DNA of 63,409 nucleotides, the filler included, from Reticulomyxa filosa (lineage: Eukaryota; Protista; Foraminifera), in NCBI GenBank assembly GCA_000512085.1. It is 19 parts of 19 records of this genome, joined end to end, with 100 filler letters (N's around TTAATTAATTAA, not from the genome) between each part and the next. Parts side by side here need not be neighbours in the genome. Positions count along the whole stretch, not along the records: positions 1 to 6,768 come from ASPP01008913.1; positions 6,869 to 9,100 come from ASPP01006944.1; positions 9,201 to 17,402 come from ASPP01006090.1; 16 more parts are not named here. One strand, written 5' to 3'. The number at the start of each line of letters is the position of its first letter. Positions within the stretch are counted from its first letter, which is position 1. Below the pieces are notes generated by a model, which was not told the DNA's origin, did not search any database, and saw only the letters and a list, made by a program, of their open reading frames with translations. Shown in pieces: positions 1-12,562 of this stretch. The position numbers and the translations under genes were made by a program.

Positions 1-53
1 TTTTTTTTTTTAATATGTTATATTTATGATATTTTATATACAAAAAATAAAAG

Positions 54-578
54 TATCCACAATGGTTAGAACAAAATCAAATAAATTTTGAATCCAAACA
101 ATTGGAAAATTATCAAAATCAATGTGATTTATATTTACGTATTTATCAAAAATTAAAAAATATTGATACAATTAATCAAAATAATTCTAATATTGATATT
201 AGTGTCAATATTAATGAAATTAAGGAATTGTTAACAAAGATATGTACGTATGGAACTGTGCCAAATGAATTAATGGATGGTATAATGCCTGATAATTTGC
301 AATATTTTGCAAATATTATGCTACAATTACAAAAAGAATGGAAAATAAAAAATAGTAATCAACATTCAATAAATACAAATAATATTAATATTTCATCTCA
401 TGAAAATTCAAATAATGATTCATCTATGAAATTTATTCTACAAATGATAAATCAATCGAGTATAAGTACTTTTGAGAGTCATCCAAATGTGCAAGATCAC
501 AGAGATATACCTAGTTTGACTCCTGATGAAATTAGACAAATGAAGGAATTAATGACAAGTGAATGTTTGATTATGTAA
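54..578 (+). CDS. PEX19: Peroxisomal import receptor Pex19, last exon (5' part missing)
   Basis: After the AG acceptor at 52-53 the frame reads YPQWLEQNQ..LENYQNQCDLYLRIY..TYGTVPNELMDGIMP, matching the Pex19 C-terminal domain (YPEWL..RY..Q; G.PP.EL). It ends in the CaaX box CLIM, as human PEX19 does. Confidence 0.85.
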   Translation, partial: YPQWLEQNQINFESKQLENYQNQCDLYLRIYQKLKNIDTINQNNSNIDISVNINEIKELLTKICTYGTVPNELMDGIMPDNLQYFANIMLQLQKEWKIKNSNQHSINTNNINISSHENSNNDSSMKFILQMINQSSISTFESHPNVQDHRDIPSLTPDEIRQMKELMTSECLIM

Positions 579-1330
579 ATCAGACAAATCTTTAAATTAA
601 ATGCTAATCTTTAATAAATTCAAGTGTGGCCATATGTGTATGAGGTGTGGTTATAGAGTAGACATTGAAGAAGAGGAGAATTCTTTAATTTTTGTTGTTT
701 GTTTTCAATCAGTTGCTTTTTGAGCCAATGCCATTTGTTCCTGTTTTTGTGTTGTTTTTTTGTGATACATAGTTAAAGTGAAAATATAAAAATTTGTTTT
801 TGTTCGTTTAAGAGAAAAAAAAATATTAAATAGCTCATAAAAGTTCTTTCTCACGATTTTTTGTTTTTAATACTTTTTCTGTTAATGATAGAAACGTCCT
901 ACCAAAAGGTACAATATTTCAAAAACGAAAACAAGTAACAAAGTGTACTTGTAATTTACTTTCTTCCGAAAACATTTAGAAAATTGTTTTATCTTTCAAC
1001 AGTTTGCATATTCACATGTATATTTGGACTTGTATTTAGGATTGGGACCTTTGTGGGAGAGATCATATGTTTCATCCCCTCATAATATTGTGTTGACATT
1101 CAGATTGCGAATGAAACTCAAAGTTTTCAAATGTTAGTATAATCAAATAATCATATATTATTTTTTGATTTTTGCATCAGACCAGCACAAGAACTGTTGA
1201 ACTAACAAAAATACTTGAATAAGCAACGACACAAACTTTAGAATAAAAAGAGGTTTCGAAACCTTTTTACGTATGCACGCAAACAAACAAAAAGAACTCT
1301 TCCTCCCAAAAATGTACAAGCATAAGCCCT

Positions 1331-2196
1331 TTATGAAGTAAATTGAGAAAATTCTTTGTTTAATGCATCGATCTCCGTTTGAAAGTGTGCCGATGCTAAT
1401 AGTTTATTTTGAGTCATAGCAGTAATTTTTCTGGTTAAATCCAAAGCATACTCTTTGGCAAGACTCTTGTTGCCCCTATTCGTCATTGCTGTGAATGAAA
1501 ACCTCAAATCTTGTTTAAAATTGTTTAAATATTTGGGCATCAAATTTTGCAAAAAGACGGGCATATCTGTTAATGTAGTGCATAATTGGACAAGAGATAG
1601 CAAGCCTTCCATCCGAAGTTTCAGCACCTCTTCTTCTTTCTTTTCTTTGTCATGCTCTTTATCTGTTTCTTTCTTTGTTTCTCTTTCACCTACTACATTA
1701 CACATATACATATACATGTATGTATACAAATAATATAAGAAATATGTGCACCGAATGGTATACGTATTCATAGAAAAACTGTTTGATCTAACTGAAAGTA
1801 GGTCGCACATAAACTCCATCCAACGACTCATCCAAATACAATTTGAACTGATTGAAAGCGCTGGTGGCGATCCATTCATTGATTTCCTTGCCAAAATCAA
1901 AGCCCTGTAGTTTGTTCATTAGCCGAATGGCAACAATGAAGAATTGTGCAATGTTTCCGGTTTGCAGCAATGCATCCAAATACATGCGATGCGCTTTTTT
2001 AGTCAAAGACTGCAAAAGATACGTGGCGCTATTTGTCCCAGATGCACCAGAGTTATTGCCATCGCCTAGATTTCCTCGCGTGCCCCCGGATGGAACAGAA
2101 TATCTGTCAATTTCTTGTGATTCTATGAATATGGTGGTACGTGACTTTAGTGGCGAGGAGCCTTTGTCTTGGTCTTTTGCATCCACTTTTTCAAAG

Positions 2197-2233
<37 letters not shown>

Positions 2234-5200
2234 CTTGTTGTTTCTTTTCAATATTATCGATCGCCTGCAGAATATTCACGTACGGATTGTTTTTATCTTC
2301 GGCTGCCATTTGTAATTTGTGTAACAATTCTAGCTCCTCTTCCACGACACTTGGTTTTCGAAACTCTTTTTCAACTATGGCCTTTATTTGTTTGTATAGA
2401 ATAATTTAAAAAAGAAACGTTTGATGAGCAATAATATACATAATATGTAATATAGGAGACTCAACTTGCCAACGTCTATGAAGAGGGGATTGATTTTTGT
2501 TTTCGATCGATGTCAATCCCGTGGAACTCGCTTTGGAGGACATGTTGTCCTCGACGGGGTTTTCGCTGTATACGCTTGCGGCGGAGGATAGACCTTTCGT
2601 ATTGGTACCGTCATTGCCGGCGGAGCTACTCATGATCATGGCCATCTCCACATCTTGGGCAGAGTCATAAATGGTCGGACGCAACATCAGCTGCACAATG
2701 GGAACAAATAACTCATACTTTTCGGCTTTTGCAAATAACTTGCTCATTTCCAGCGCCCATTCCAAAGCCGTCAACTCCTCGTGATTCGTCTTGAGCAACA
2801 CAATAGTGTCTCTCAATGTGCTTGGAGCAAACGCGTCCACGCGCTTGTGCAACACTTCAAAGATCTTGCGCTTCATCACTATCAAGTGCTTGCTGTTGCG
2901 CTGCTTCAGCAAGTTGTTCAAGTGCAGTCTCATTTTGATCAGCTCCATTTCCTCCATGTCGCTCTTCTCTGCGTGGCTTGTCAGCACGCAGTCGTTGGGA
3001 TAATGGTAGCAACAATTGCGGAGAGTCTCTTCAAATGGGGCATGCTTTTTTTCACTCTTGTTAAATGCCACTGGGGATATCATTGTCATCACCTCTTGCA
3101 CCTTGTCTTTTTTTTAATGTATATATTTATATATTTATAGATTTATATATTTATATATAATATCATGGTTTCAATGAATTTTTTTTTATGATTCAATTTG
3201 AAAAATCTTTTTTCATACCAAATTCTTGGTTTTCCCAATACATGTGTGCCAGTTTGGGTATTTTGGCATGTGCTTCTCCCATTTTTCGAAGGTAAATGTA
3301 CTTTTCAATATCCCTCTTTTCCTAGTTGCCATTGTCCATATACACATACACACACACACGCGCGTTTTTGGTTTTTTTTTTATTGTTTGGCTCATTGTAT
3401 CCCTGTCCTTTGTTGCTATCCTTACACTTTGTCTTCCAACAAAAAAAAATAAATGAACACATAACTGACCATTTCACTTTCGTCATATCGATGCGGAACA
3501 AAAGGCTCGACGAATCTATCTTTCAGTTCCACGCTGCGCAAATCTCCTTCACTGGACAATCCAAAGTATTGGAGCGGCTTGGTGCTGCTGAAGTCGCAAC
3601 CCACTACCGACCCAGCAAATGGCTGCGTATGCAACAGAAAATGAGGCTCCACTCTTAAGTTCCACAGCATTAGCGTGCGATCTGTGCTGCCTGTTATCAG
3701 CATTTCTGCATGTGATTTTGACCATCGAACCTTTTTTTGTTTTTTTGTGTTCAAGTAACATCGAGTCAACATCTCGCTCTTCAATTTATACCCCCCCCAA
3801 AAAAAAAAAAAAAAAAGAGTTGCTCAACAGTGTGAACGGAGTTGGTATGTCCACGTAACACTCTGACCGGTGCATAATCATAGCGCATATCCCAGATTTT
3901 GACACATCCATCATCACCACACGTGGCAATCCAATACTCCAAGAAAGGATTCCACGCGATATCTCGAATCACATGGTCATGTGCATCGCGGAACACCCGT
4001 GGCTACATCGTGTGTATGCAACACGTATACACATATATGTATTTGTATATGCATGTGTGTATCTATACCACAGAAAGAAAGAGAGAGAGAGAGAGGGTAA
4101 AGGTATGTAAGCACTGTGACTCACCACAGCCTTCGAAGGATCACGTGATAATTCGCGCAGGTCGACAACCTTCAAATTCTTGCTTACTCCACCAACAATA
4201 AAAATATGAGCTTGTTTAGGTTGCCATTCCAATGCATACAGTGGCGAAGTACTTGCCTAAAATAAAAAAATTGATCAAATAAATCCCCTCCATTCTATAA
4301 TCAATCATATATATATATACACACACAAAACTCGTTCAAAGTTGATAGGTTCCTCAGGCGATCTGATGTTCCATGCATAAAACCATTCGTTTTTCACAGT
4401 CAAAAAGCAATCGGGATTGGGAATCCTTTGTAGTTTGACTGAGTTAATTCGTGATGATTGCATCCACGATCCAGGAGTATAGGCCATGGATTTCTAATGT
4501 GTACAATTAGAAAGATATATTTGTATATACATATACAAATATATGTATATGTGTATATATGTATATATAGTTCCAAAAAAAAAAAAAGAAGAAACTTCGC
4601 TCCTGCTCTTATGACAGACCTGTTCATTATGTCCAAAGGGAATTGGATTCCCTGAAATTTTGGTGTGATCACCCTGAGTGTTGTAACATAGCACGCGACT
4701 TTCATTTGTGCCAACGAGCAATAAATCGTCTTGCCAATCCATGCTGACAACGCCGTCGGATATCTGAACCGAGTCGGTCATTGCAAAGTCATGTCGTTCG
4801 CTGCCTTGTCTGTCCTCGTAAATATCCATTTCGTACACTTGTAATGCACCTCCGAATTGAGTCCTCGACGTAGTATTGTTTTTGTTGTTACTCGTCTGAT
4901 TGGGTTTACATCCTGTCACGAGCAAGTTGTATTTCTGTTCCCATATTATTTATTTTAAAAATAAAAAAAAATAAAAATAAAAAAAATCCTACATATGTAT
5001 AGGATGTCATATGCATGTGCACAAATAGATAAATAAATCCATATATGTATGAATATATATACATATATATACATACATGCATATGCATATGTGTATACAT
5101 ATATATATGTACATAAATATATATATATATATATATATTATATAATAATATATTCCAATGTTTGCAAGCTACAAAACATTGTGAACGGACAAAGCGCGAC

Positions 5201-5950
5201 TGGGCAACATTAAAGAAGGGTCAATGGCACCCAAGGTCAAAGAGTCATAAATCTCCTCTGAGAGATCTTCGGTGGTGGCACTACAAAGCCCGCGCAAAGA
5301 CACGGGACTTCTCCAATTGGACAACTGCTCATTCATTTGAAACCAATTGTGAGACAGCATATGCTTTAATTTGTATCCGATGACGACATTCGGATCGTCA
5401 TCGACCAACATCTTCTCTGAAAATGAGGCGCGAGCGTCACGCCGGTCACTACTACCGCCATCACGTGTTTTGCCTTCTCCTTTTAATTCATCTGGATAAA
5501 AGATCTTCGAGGATGCTTCTCGGATGGCATCAATCCATTCATTCATCTATGAACAGTTTTTGCAAGTCTTTGTTGTGACTCAAAATAAAAATTTTAAAAA
5601 AAAAAGATTTTTATGGAAATTTCTGACACAACTTGCTCTTCTGTATCTGCTGCTAGGACAATCTTCTTTTCGTGCTGAGACGACGGATGAGAGGGCAATA
5701 ATTCAAATGTATATTTTTTGTTGCTCGATACGTTGCTTGTGTTGATGCCACATGGCAGTGGTATTTCTCCTACTACTCGTCCATCTTTTTTTTTGCTCAG
5801 ATATAATAAACGACTCTTTGTTAAGGTAAAATAGTATTTGCCATATGAGTGCGAGTCGGACTGATGGATTTTTTTCAAGTATCCCGTTTTTTGTGACGCT
5901 TTCGTAGACGGTTGACGAACCTGTTTATCCCAACCAACACAACCATGCAC
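1331..5950 (-). CDS. Multi-exon protein: N-terminal PH domain, WD40 propeller, helical C-terminal region
   Basis: PH motifs KTGYLKK..YYFTL..LLY..GEIPL..LAADTEEQ|MNEWIDAIREA splice in frame into WD40 exons (RALSVHN|KYNLLVTG; AHDHVIRDIAWNPF..ATCGDDGCVKIWDMR; LRGHTNSV..ITGSTDRTLMLWNL). About 10 GT-AG introns. Start codon uncertain. Confidence 0.75.
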
Positions 5951-6270
5951 TACATTTTCTTTTCAACAGGTTTAGTTTAGTTTTTTTTTTTGCCTCATGT
6001 GTCTTCTGAAACATTCTTCAAATCAAGTAATTTCAATCTAAATTTTTTTTGCTCGCCCCCTTTTTTTTTAATTACTGTACCAACTGCCCTATTTTTCATG
6101 ATTAACATTGCTGCTCTCACCAATTTTTCGCTTTTATGTTTCTTTGCCAAACGCGTAAAAAAAAGATTTTTTTTTTTTCTTCCCCTTTTTTTTTAATAAA
6201 TGAAAATTGAAAAGTAAATTGAATGATTATGTTATTAAAGAATGTACTTTCACAGTTCCAAGAAGCAATT

Positions 6271-6716
6271 ATGCAGAATATTGGATTCCTTGTAACTGGA
6301 GCGGTTGGTATGGTAATTGGAGCCCTTTTGTGTTGGCTTTTTTCCACAGAGCGGATTTTGGCATCACCAAAGAAAAGTAAAAACTCACCAACAAGAGTAA
6401 AGCCAAGAACAAGAAACAAGAGCACAACTGGTCCAGCAAATGTTCCAAAAGAAGAAGCAGAAATAAAGGAGGAAAGAAAAGCAAGTGATGAAAAAGAGGA
6501 AGATAAAAAAAAGGAGAAAGTGACACCGGCAAAAATCCAACAGATCCGTTCAAGTTGGAAATCGATGCTCGTTCATAAGCTTCAATTGGGGTGTGCTATT
6601 TATAACTACATATCAAAGAACCAGCCGTTGCCAATCATGCTATTATTTCTGCATCGCAACACAAATTTAGACAAGCAATCCGCAGCATTCATGGATATGT
6701 TAGACATTGTGGTACA
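6271..6716 (+). CDS. Globin-domain protein with N-terminal transmembrane anchor (3' truncated by contig end)
   Basis: Hydrophobic IGFLVTGAVGMVIGALLCWLF, charged linker, then VTPAKIQQIRSSW (A helix), LGCAIYNYI (B helix), P..LLF (CD1) and LDKQSAAFMDMLDIVV (E helix). Confidence 0.75.
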
Positions 6717-6729
6717 GTTAAGAACCTCC

Positions 6730-6768
<39 letters not shown>

Positions 6769-6868
6769 NNNNNNNNNNNNNNNNNNNNNNNNNNNNNNNN
6801 NNNNNNNNNNNNTTAATTAATTAANNNNNNNNNNNNNNNNNNNNNNNNNNNNNNNNNNNNNNNNNNNN
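6769..6868. other. Artificial contig spacer N44-TTAATTAATTAA-N44. Others start at about 9101, 17403, 19057, 21385, 22485, 29472, 30694, 32607, 40215, 41895, 46341, 54449, 56429, 57618, 59031, 60435 and 62310.
   Basis: Near-identical 100-nt N blocks with a central linker that carries stops in all six frames. Confidence 0.98.
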
Positions 6869-6902
6869 AAAAAAAAAAGTTTTAAAAAGGAGGACTCATT
6901 AC

Positions 6903-7768
6903 TTGAACTGCTCCAGGACAAACACAAGTGACTTTGACTCCACTCATGGCAAGTTCTGCCCGTACACCTTCACTGATTGCATTGACAGCAAACTTTGCAC
7001 CACAATACGCAGTGAGATCATCAAAAACCTTCACTCCCGCTAGCGATGATATATTTATCACAGTTCCGCGTTTCCGCTCTTTCATCCCTTTTATTACACA
7101 TTTGATCCCATGCAATACCCCATTTACCTATCACAAAAGCAAAAACGGGGATTAATTAGTAAAGGTGGACATGAATACTTTTTTTTTTTTTTTTTTGGTC
7201 TTTTTAAAGCGATTCCCCAGCAAATAAAGAAATAACGTTACATTAGTTTGCAGCATTGTGTTCCACTCTTCCATTTTTGGTCTTCCTTTTGTATACGTAT
7301 ACATATATAAATTTTAAAATGAATATGTACACTTTTGTTGATATGAGTTGATGGACAAACAAATAACGATGAGGACATCTCAAAACAATATAAACAACGT
7401 ATACATATCTGTACCATTTTTCCTAGAAGCATTACTCCTGCGTTGTTAATCAGGCAATCGCAAGGGCCGTACAGTTGTTCTGCCTTTTCCAAAGCCGCGT
7501 GCATTTGATTATAATCAGTCACGTCCACTTTTGCAAGCAACACGTCTTTGGTGTTTTCAAACTCTTTTTCCATTTTCTCAATTCTTCGGGCCATTAACAA
7601 CAAAGGATGCCCTTCTTTGCTGAAGAGACGCGCGCACTCTTCACCTATACCAGAAGAGGCGCCAGTGATGACTACCAAGGGTTTTGTATTTTTTTCGACA
7701 TTCCGAGTAAGATGGGGATATTTCTCCTCCAAGTAGGAGATTATCCAATTGATTTGAGCAAGGGCCAT
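6903..7768 (-). CDS. Classical short-chain dehydrogenase/reductase, bacterial BfgV/YdfG-like (3 exons seen, 3' end missing)
   Basis: VVITGASSGIG, LLLMARR, DVTD, LINNAGVMLLG, GTVINISS.AG, catalytic YCGAK, CPGAV. One apparent homopolymer frameshift near 7275. Confidence 0.92.
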
Positions 7769-7963
7769 TTAAATACTTTCACGTTCCTTACAAAACAAAA
7801 AAACACATTAACATGTCTTTTTCTATGCTGGACTCTTTGGATTAAATTTTTTTATGTTTCCAAAAACCTGATGTTCTGTAATGGCTGAATATTGGTCGAG
7901 TTCATTGCATAAAAAAAAAAAACAAAAAAAAACACACATACCTACGCCACATAATAATAATCG

Positions 7964-8932
7964 ATGGCAAAGCGTTTGCCGAAATTGAATTTGAAAATAG
8001 CCTTGCCAGGTGAAGTAGCAAGTACAGAAAGCCCATGGTTGCAGAAGTTGCGTCAGTATGATTTGCAGCACGACCCGAAGATCTACGCGTTTGCCGAGTC
8101 GTTGTATGCGAAGATTTTGCACTTCCCACGTTCGCACCCGCACATGCGCCGACACTGCAAGCGCTGTGTGCGACTGACATTGGACGCAGAGTCAGGACTG
8201 AGTAATCACTCGTCGAACGGCATAGGTGGTGGAATAGGGCACGGGACGACAGTGACAGTATCGAGTCCAACGAAGTCGATCTATTATCAGCAGCGTTGTA
8301 TCCCAGTGAGTCCGATCAATGGCAACGAAGGAGCGGAGTTGTCAGCAGTCACGACACCATTGCATAGTGGAACGGTAGGTACGGCGAACCTGACGCCAAT
8401 GCCAATGACGCCGTCAGTGGACAACGACGAGAGTGAGCTGTTGAGTTTGCAAATGCCAGTGGCGAGTATCTGTTGTTATTACAACGTATTGTTTTTGGAC
8501 GCCGATGGTGTCATTGTGCCGACCAAGTCATTGAAAGAGTTCCCCAGCGAAGAGCATATGCGACGTCTGAAACGCATCATCGACGAACATTCGCCCCATC
8601 TCAGCGTGGTCATTAGCAGCTCGTGGAGAAGCTCGCCCGACCATTTGACTCGCTTTGCGCTGCCTTTTTGAAATCGGCATCGATATGAGAAGATCATCAT
8701 CGGTTGCATCCCCAGCTGCAAAGACGAAAGCGTTTATCGCACACACGCCGAAGAGCGCAGCGCTTGCATTCAGGCTTGGTTCAAACAGATGGAAATGGAA
8801 TATGTCGATGTCTGGTACGACGATCACAACACCTGCTACAAACACGAACCACGATGCAAGGGCCACAAACACACACATCTCACCGCACAACTCGATACCA
8901 ACATCCTTGGCAAAACTGTCGATTTTCATGGT
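7964..8932 (+). CDS. HAD-superfamily protein, Swiss-Army-Knife RNA-repair-associated type (HAD_SAK_2-like); frameshifts near 8655-8700
   Basis: VLFLDADGVI (DxDG motif), RLKRIIDE..VVISSSWR, continuing in another frame as IIGCIP..ERSACIQAWF. Confidence 0.7.
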
Positions 8933-10624
8933 TTGCACTTGTGTATTTGTGTGCGTGTGTGTATGTGTGCATGTGTGTGTGTTGTTTTTTTTTTTTAATT
9001 TATTTATTGTTTGCTCTGTTTTTCACGTTTTTTCGTTTTTGTTTTTTTTTTTGAAAAAATAAAAACGTATACAAAATAAACATTTTTAACTTCCCCTTTT
9101 NNNNNNNNNNNNNNNNNNNNNNNNNNNNNNNNNNNNNNNNNNNNTTAATTAATTAANNNNNNNNNNNNNNNNNNNNNNNNNNNNNNNNNNNNNNNNNNNN
9201 CCAATCTTTTTGCCAATCAGAAAAAAGGTTGGTTTGAAAATTATATCTATTAAAGCATTTCGATATTGTTTGTACAATTTTTTTGGACGACTGCACATTT
9301 TACTTGTTTATGCCTTATAAAAATTTTCGTACTTTAAAATACGCTTAACATTTTCTGAAAAATTCAACAATATTTTTACAATTTGAAGCCCTTTGAATTA
9401 TTTTATTTCTTTCATATTTTGTTTATTTTTTGCAAATAGTTCAATAATTTTTTAGTCATAATTTTTTTTTTAAAAGTCGTATAACCCGTCCAGCTCAATT
9501 CGGCAATGATAACGTTAACTTTTTATAATAATTTGTAATTTAATTATTAAGATATCATATTTTGTATTAAAAAATGAATTTTATGTGTAAAAATTTCTTT
9601 CGTCACGCCAAATTAGTTAACAAATTTTTATATTGATATTATTATATTTGATATATTTTGAATTATAATTTAATGCAGCTTTATATAATATAAGACAATA
9701 TTATGAAAGCAATGTTGATTCAATACTTGAATTAGATGATACATGCACATTGAGTTGTTGGTCAATATATACTATTGTGTTTGTATATGTAACACAAAAC
9801 AAATTTAAAGATAAAATGCTTTGTTTGTTTTTGTATAGTTAATTTTTTGAATGAAGAAAGTGCAATTGCCACATTGATGTCATTCAACGTTAATTCACAT
9901 TGTGGCATGTCTTTCTATGTGATTATTTTTGTGTAAATACATTACAATTGTATCCTTCGTTTCTATTTTTTTGAAAACATATCGATCCCGATGATGCAAT
10001 CAAGCCATTGAATCTGCAAATAGACGAAGAGCTATTGAAGCAAATCTGTATCTTATTTGAGCCTGCTTACAAGTATTTCAATTTTTTTTAAAGTCTTTTG
10101 TTTTATTTTGAAATGCCATATTTTTTGCAATTGAACGAATGCTTCTTTCGTGTTAAATTCATTCAAACAGTCGCCAAATGTGACTTTACATTATTAGCTG
10201 AGCTTTTTTCCCTTTTTCTCTTATTCGGGACAAGGGATAAAAATATTTAATGGAAGTGAAAAAATGTTCGGAACAGTTTTGGTAAACATAATGCTTATTA
10301 CGTTTTCGTTCTGATGTTTAATATCTCTTTGTTAAATGAGTTAAAAAGATTTTATTTGTTGATCGATTATCCCCGTGAAGCAAGGTTGTACTTTTATTTT
10401 ACGCACGACTGCCGTCGTGACCAAAGTTGAGCACGCAAACAAAATTATACTAAAACTCAAAAAAAAAAAAAAAAAAAAATGACAATCGCAAATAACTACT
10501 TAAATCTTATCTTATGAACCAATGATATTGCAAAAAAAAAAAAAAGGATATGAATCTTCCCGAGAAGAAAACAAGCAAAATAAAAAAACTGATGTTGTAT
10601 GAAAGATGCATACAAATTCAATGT

Positions 10625-12158
10625 TCAATCCACATCTTCCTTTTGTCCGCCATTGTCATCTGTATCTGGTGAAGTGGAATCTTTCTTTTTTCTTTTTTCG
10701 CGTGTTTTACGTTTTCTGCGACCTTTTGAGTTGGATTCGCGTGAGTGATCATCACTGGAAGTGTCGTCACACGACTTGCGTTTTTTTTCTTTGGATTGGA
10801 TTTTATCACTTTTCTCCTCAGACGTATCCTGTGCGGGGTCAATCTGTTTTTCGAATGGCTGTTGCATAGCATTGTTTGTTTCCTTATTGTTGAGAGCTTT
10901 TTTGTCACTTGTGTTATTCTCTAGATCTTCAGAATGTGCTCTAATTATTGTACAAAAAAAAAAATTTATATAAATATATATATTTATATATGTATACGTA
11001 TATATGTACATATTGCAAAACAAACTCAAAGAACGAGAAAAAAAGATTACGAAACAACAAAATGGATTTCCACGTTTTTTCATAGTTTGTACCAACAATA
11101 TCAACATATAATTCAATAGCAAAGCGTTTGTTCTCGTTGGAAATAAAATGAGAGCGTTGGGGCTTTTGACACCACTTTTGCAGGAACAAGAGTACATTGA
11201 TCACTCGTTTATAAAAATATACCGGTTTGATAGCATATTCTTTGCTGAGGAGCACCACTTTAGATTGCTGCGTACTGTACATTTTCGCAAACTTGGCTTC
11301 CACGCCTTCGTTGCGTGTGATTTGCTGGTACGCTTTGCTTATTTCTTCCAACATTTGTTTGGGTGTATAGCGATGTTTTTTCTTGTGCCTTTTTCCCTCT
11401 CTGCTTGTCGAGTCCTTTATTCCGTAAAACTTTGGCGTCGCTTTGGCATGGATCGATATTATGTCTTCCGTTGCCAAAAAGCCATCCGTATGTTCCAGAT
11501 TTACGTCTTTCTGTTGTTCAAATATACATATATGTACACATATATAAATATATATGTATATATTTTTTTTTTTTTTTAAGGAGAAAAGAGGAGTCGTTTT
11601 TTTTTTAAAAAAAAAAAAAAAACTCCAAACTCTATTTTTTTTATTTTTTTTTTGAGCATCATACCATTTCAATGACAAACTTGTCATTGCTGTTCCCTTT
11701 ATTAAAACCCACTTCCAACAACTGGTTTCCACAATGAAATTTGACGCTCCACCAGTCTTGCACTGTGTCGGATACTAACCAGCAACTGAGAATGAAACAC
11801 TCTCCCTTTTGCTGCAAACGTTGCTTCACTTCCTCTAAATGGGCTTGTGCAACACAGTGCTGTAGAACCGGAGACATCGCGTCGTGCTCATCTTCATTCT
11901 CCGTCTTTTTTTCACTCTTTTTATTTTGCATTCATTTTTTTTTGTTCTTTTTTTTTTTTAATATGTGTTTTTATCCTTTTCTTCACTAATGTTTCTCTGC
12001 TCAACTTCTAAGGTTTCGTGAATTTTCATTGGAAGAGACTCTTTATAATATTGTTCTGTCTCATTTATATCATCTTCTTCATCTACATTGTCAGTACGGT
12101 CTGAATAATATCTGTCTGTTTCGTTAGGCAAAGTTCGTCTACTTGAGATGGCACCCAT
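10625..12158 (-). CDS. Hypothetical multi-exon protein with a candidate N-myristoylation start (MGAISS)
   Basis: Coding-like segments at about 12158-11960, 11931-11662, 11512-11090 and 10940-10625, separated by intron-like or low-complexity tracts. Confidence 0.55.
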
Positions 12159-12562
12159 TACAACTTCAATATGATTTATTTATTTCCTTGTATTTTGATA
12201 CCCCCTCTGCGAGCACTCTTCTCCAACAGAACGCACGTTATTTATAACAAAAGTATATATGCGTATTTTTTCGTGAATGTTGTTCCAACATTTATCACGG
12301 AGATGAAGTCTTTGTGTCCAAAGAAATGTGGACAAAATAAAATAAATAATAAACTTAATGAAAATGAACTGAAAAAATTTATCAGGATTACTTTATAAAT
12401 GAAATTAGTCTATACAACCATATGTTAGTTGATTAATCTAAAAGAAAAAAAGTATTTTTTAATGTGATACCAGAATGACCAAAAGGGTTGAAAGCAGTTC
12501 GATTTTTTTTTTTTTTAAATTGATTGAGCGATAAGTGTCCCCTCCTCCCTTTCTCCTCACAG

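Noticed and set aside
1852-2409. Long antisense ORFs (also 12524-13168, 20361-21014, 40685-41389, 51413-52180)
   Set aside because: Shadows of opposite-strand coding or low-complexity sequence, with no motifs of their own.
6813-6824. Recurrent TTAATTAATTAA palindrome as a biological repeat or CRISPR-like array
   Set aside because: Always centred in 100-nt N blocks; it is an artificial linker.
7270-7282. Programmed frameshifting or pseudogenisation in the SDR (also HAD near 8660, MINDY near 17276, and 43310)
   Set aside because: The shifts mostly fall in homopolymer runs of otherwise conserved genes, so sequencing error is the simpler explanation.
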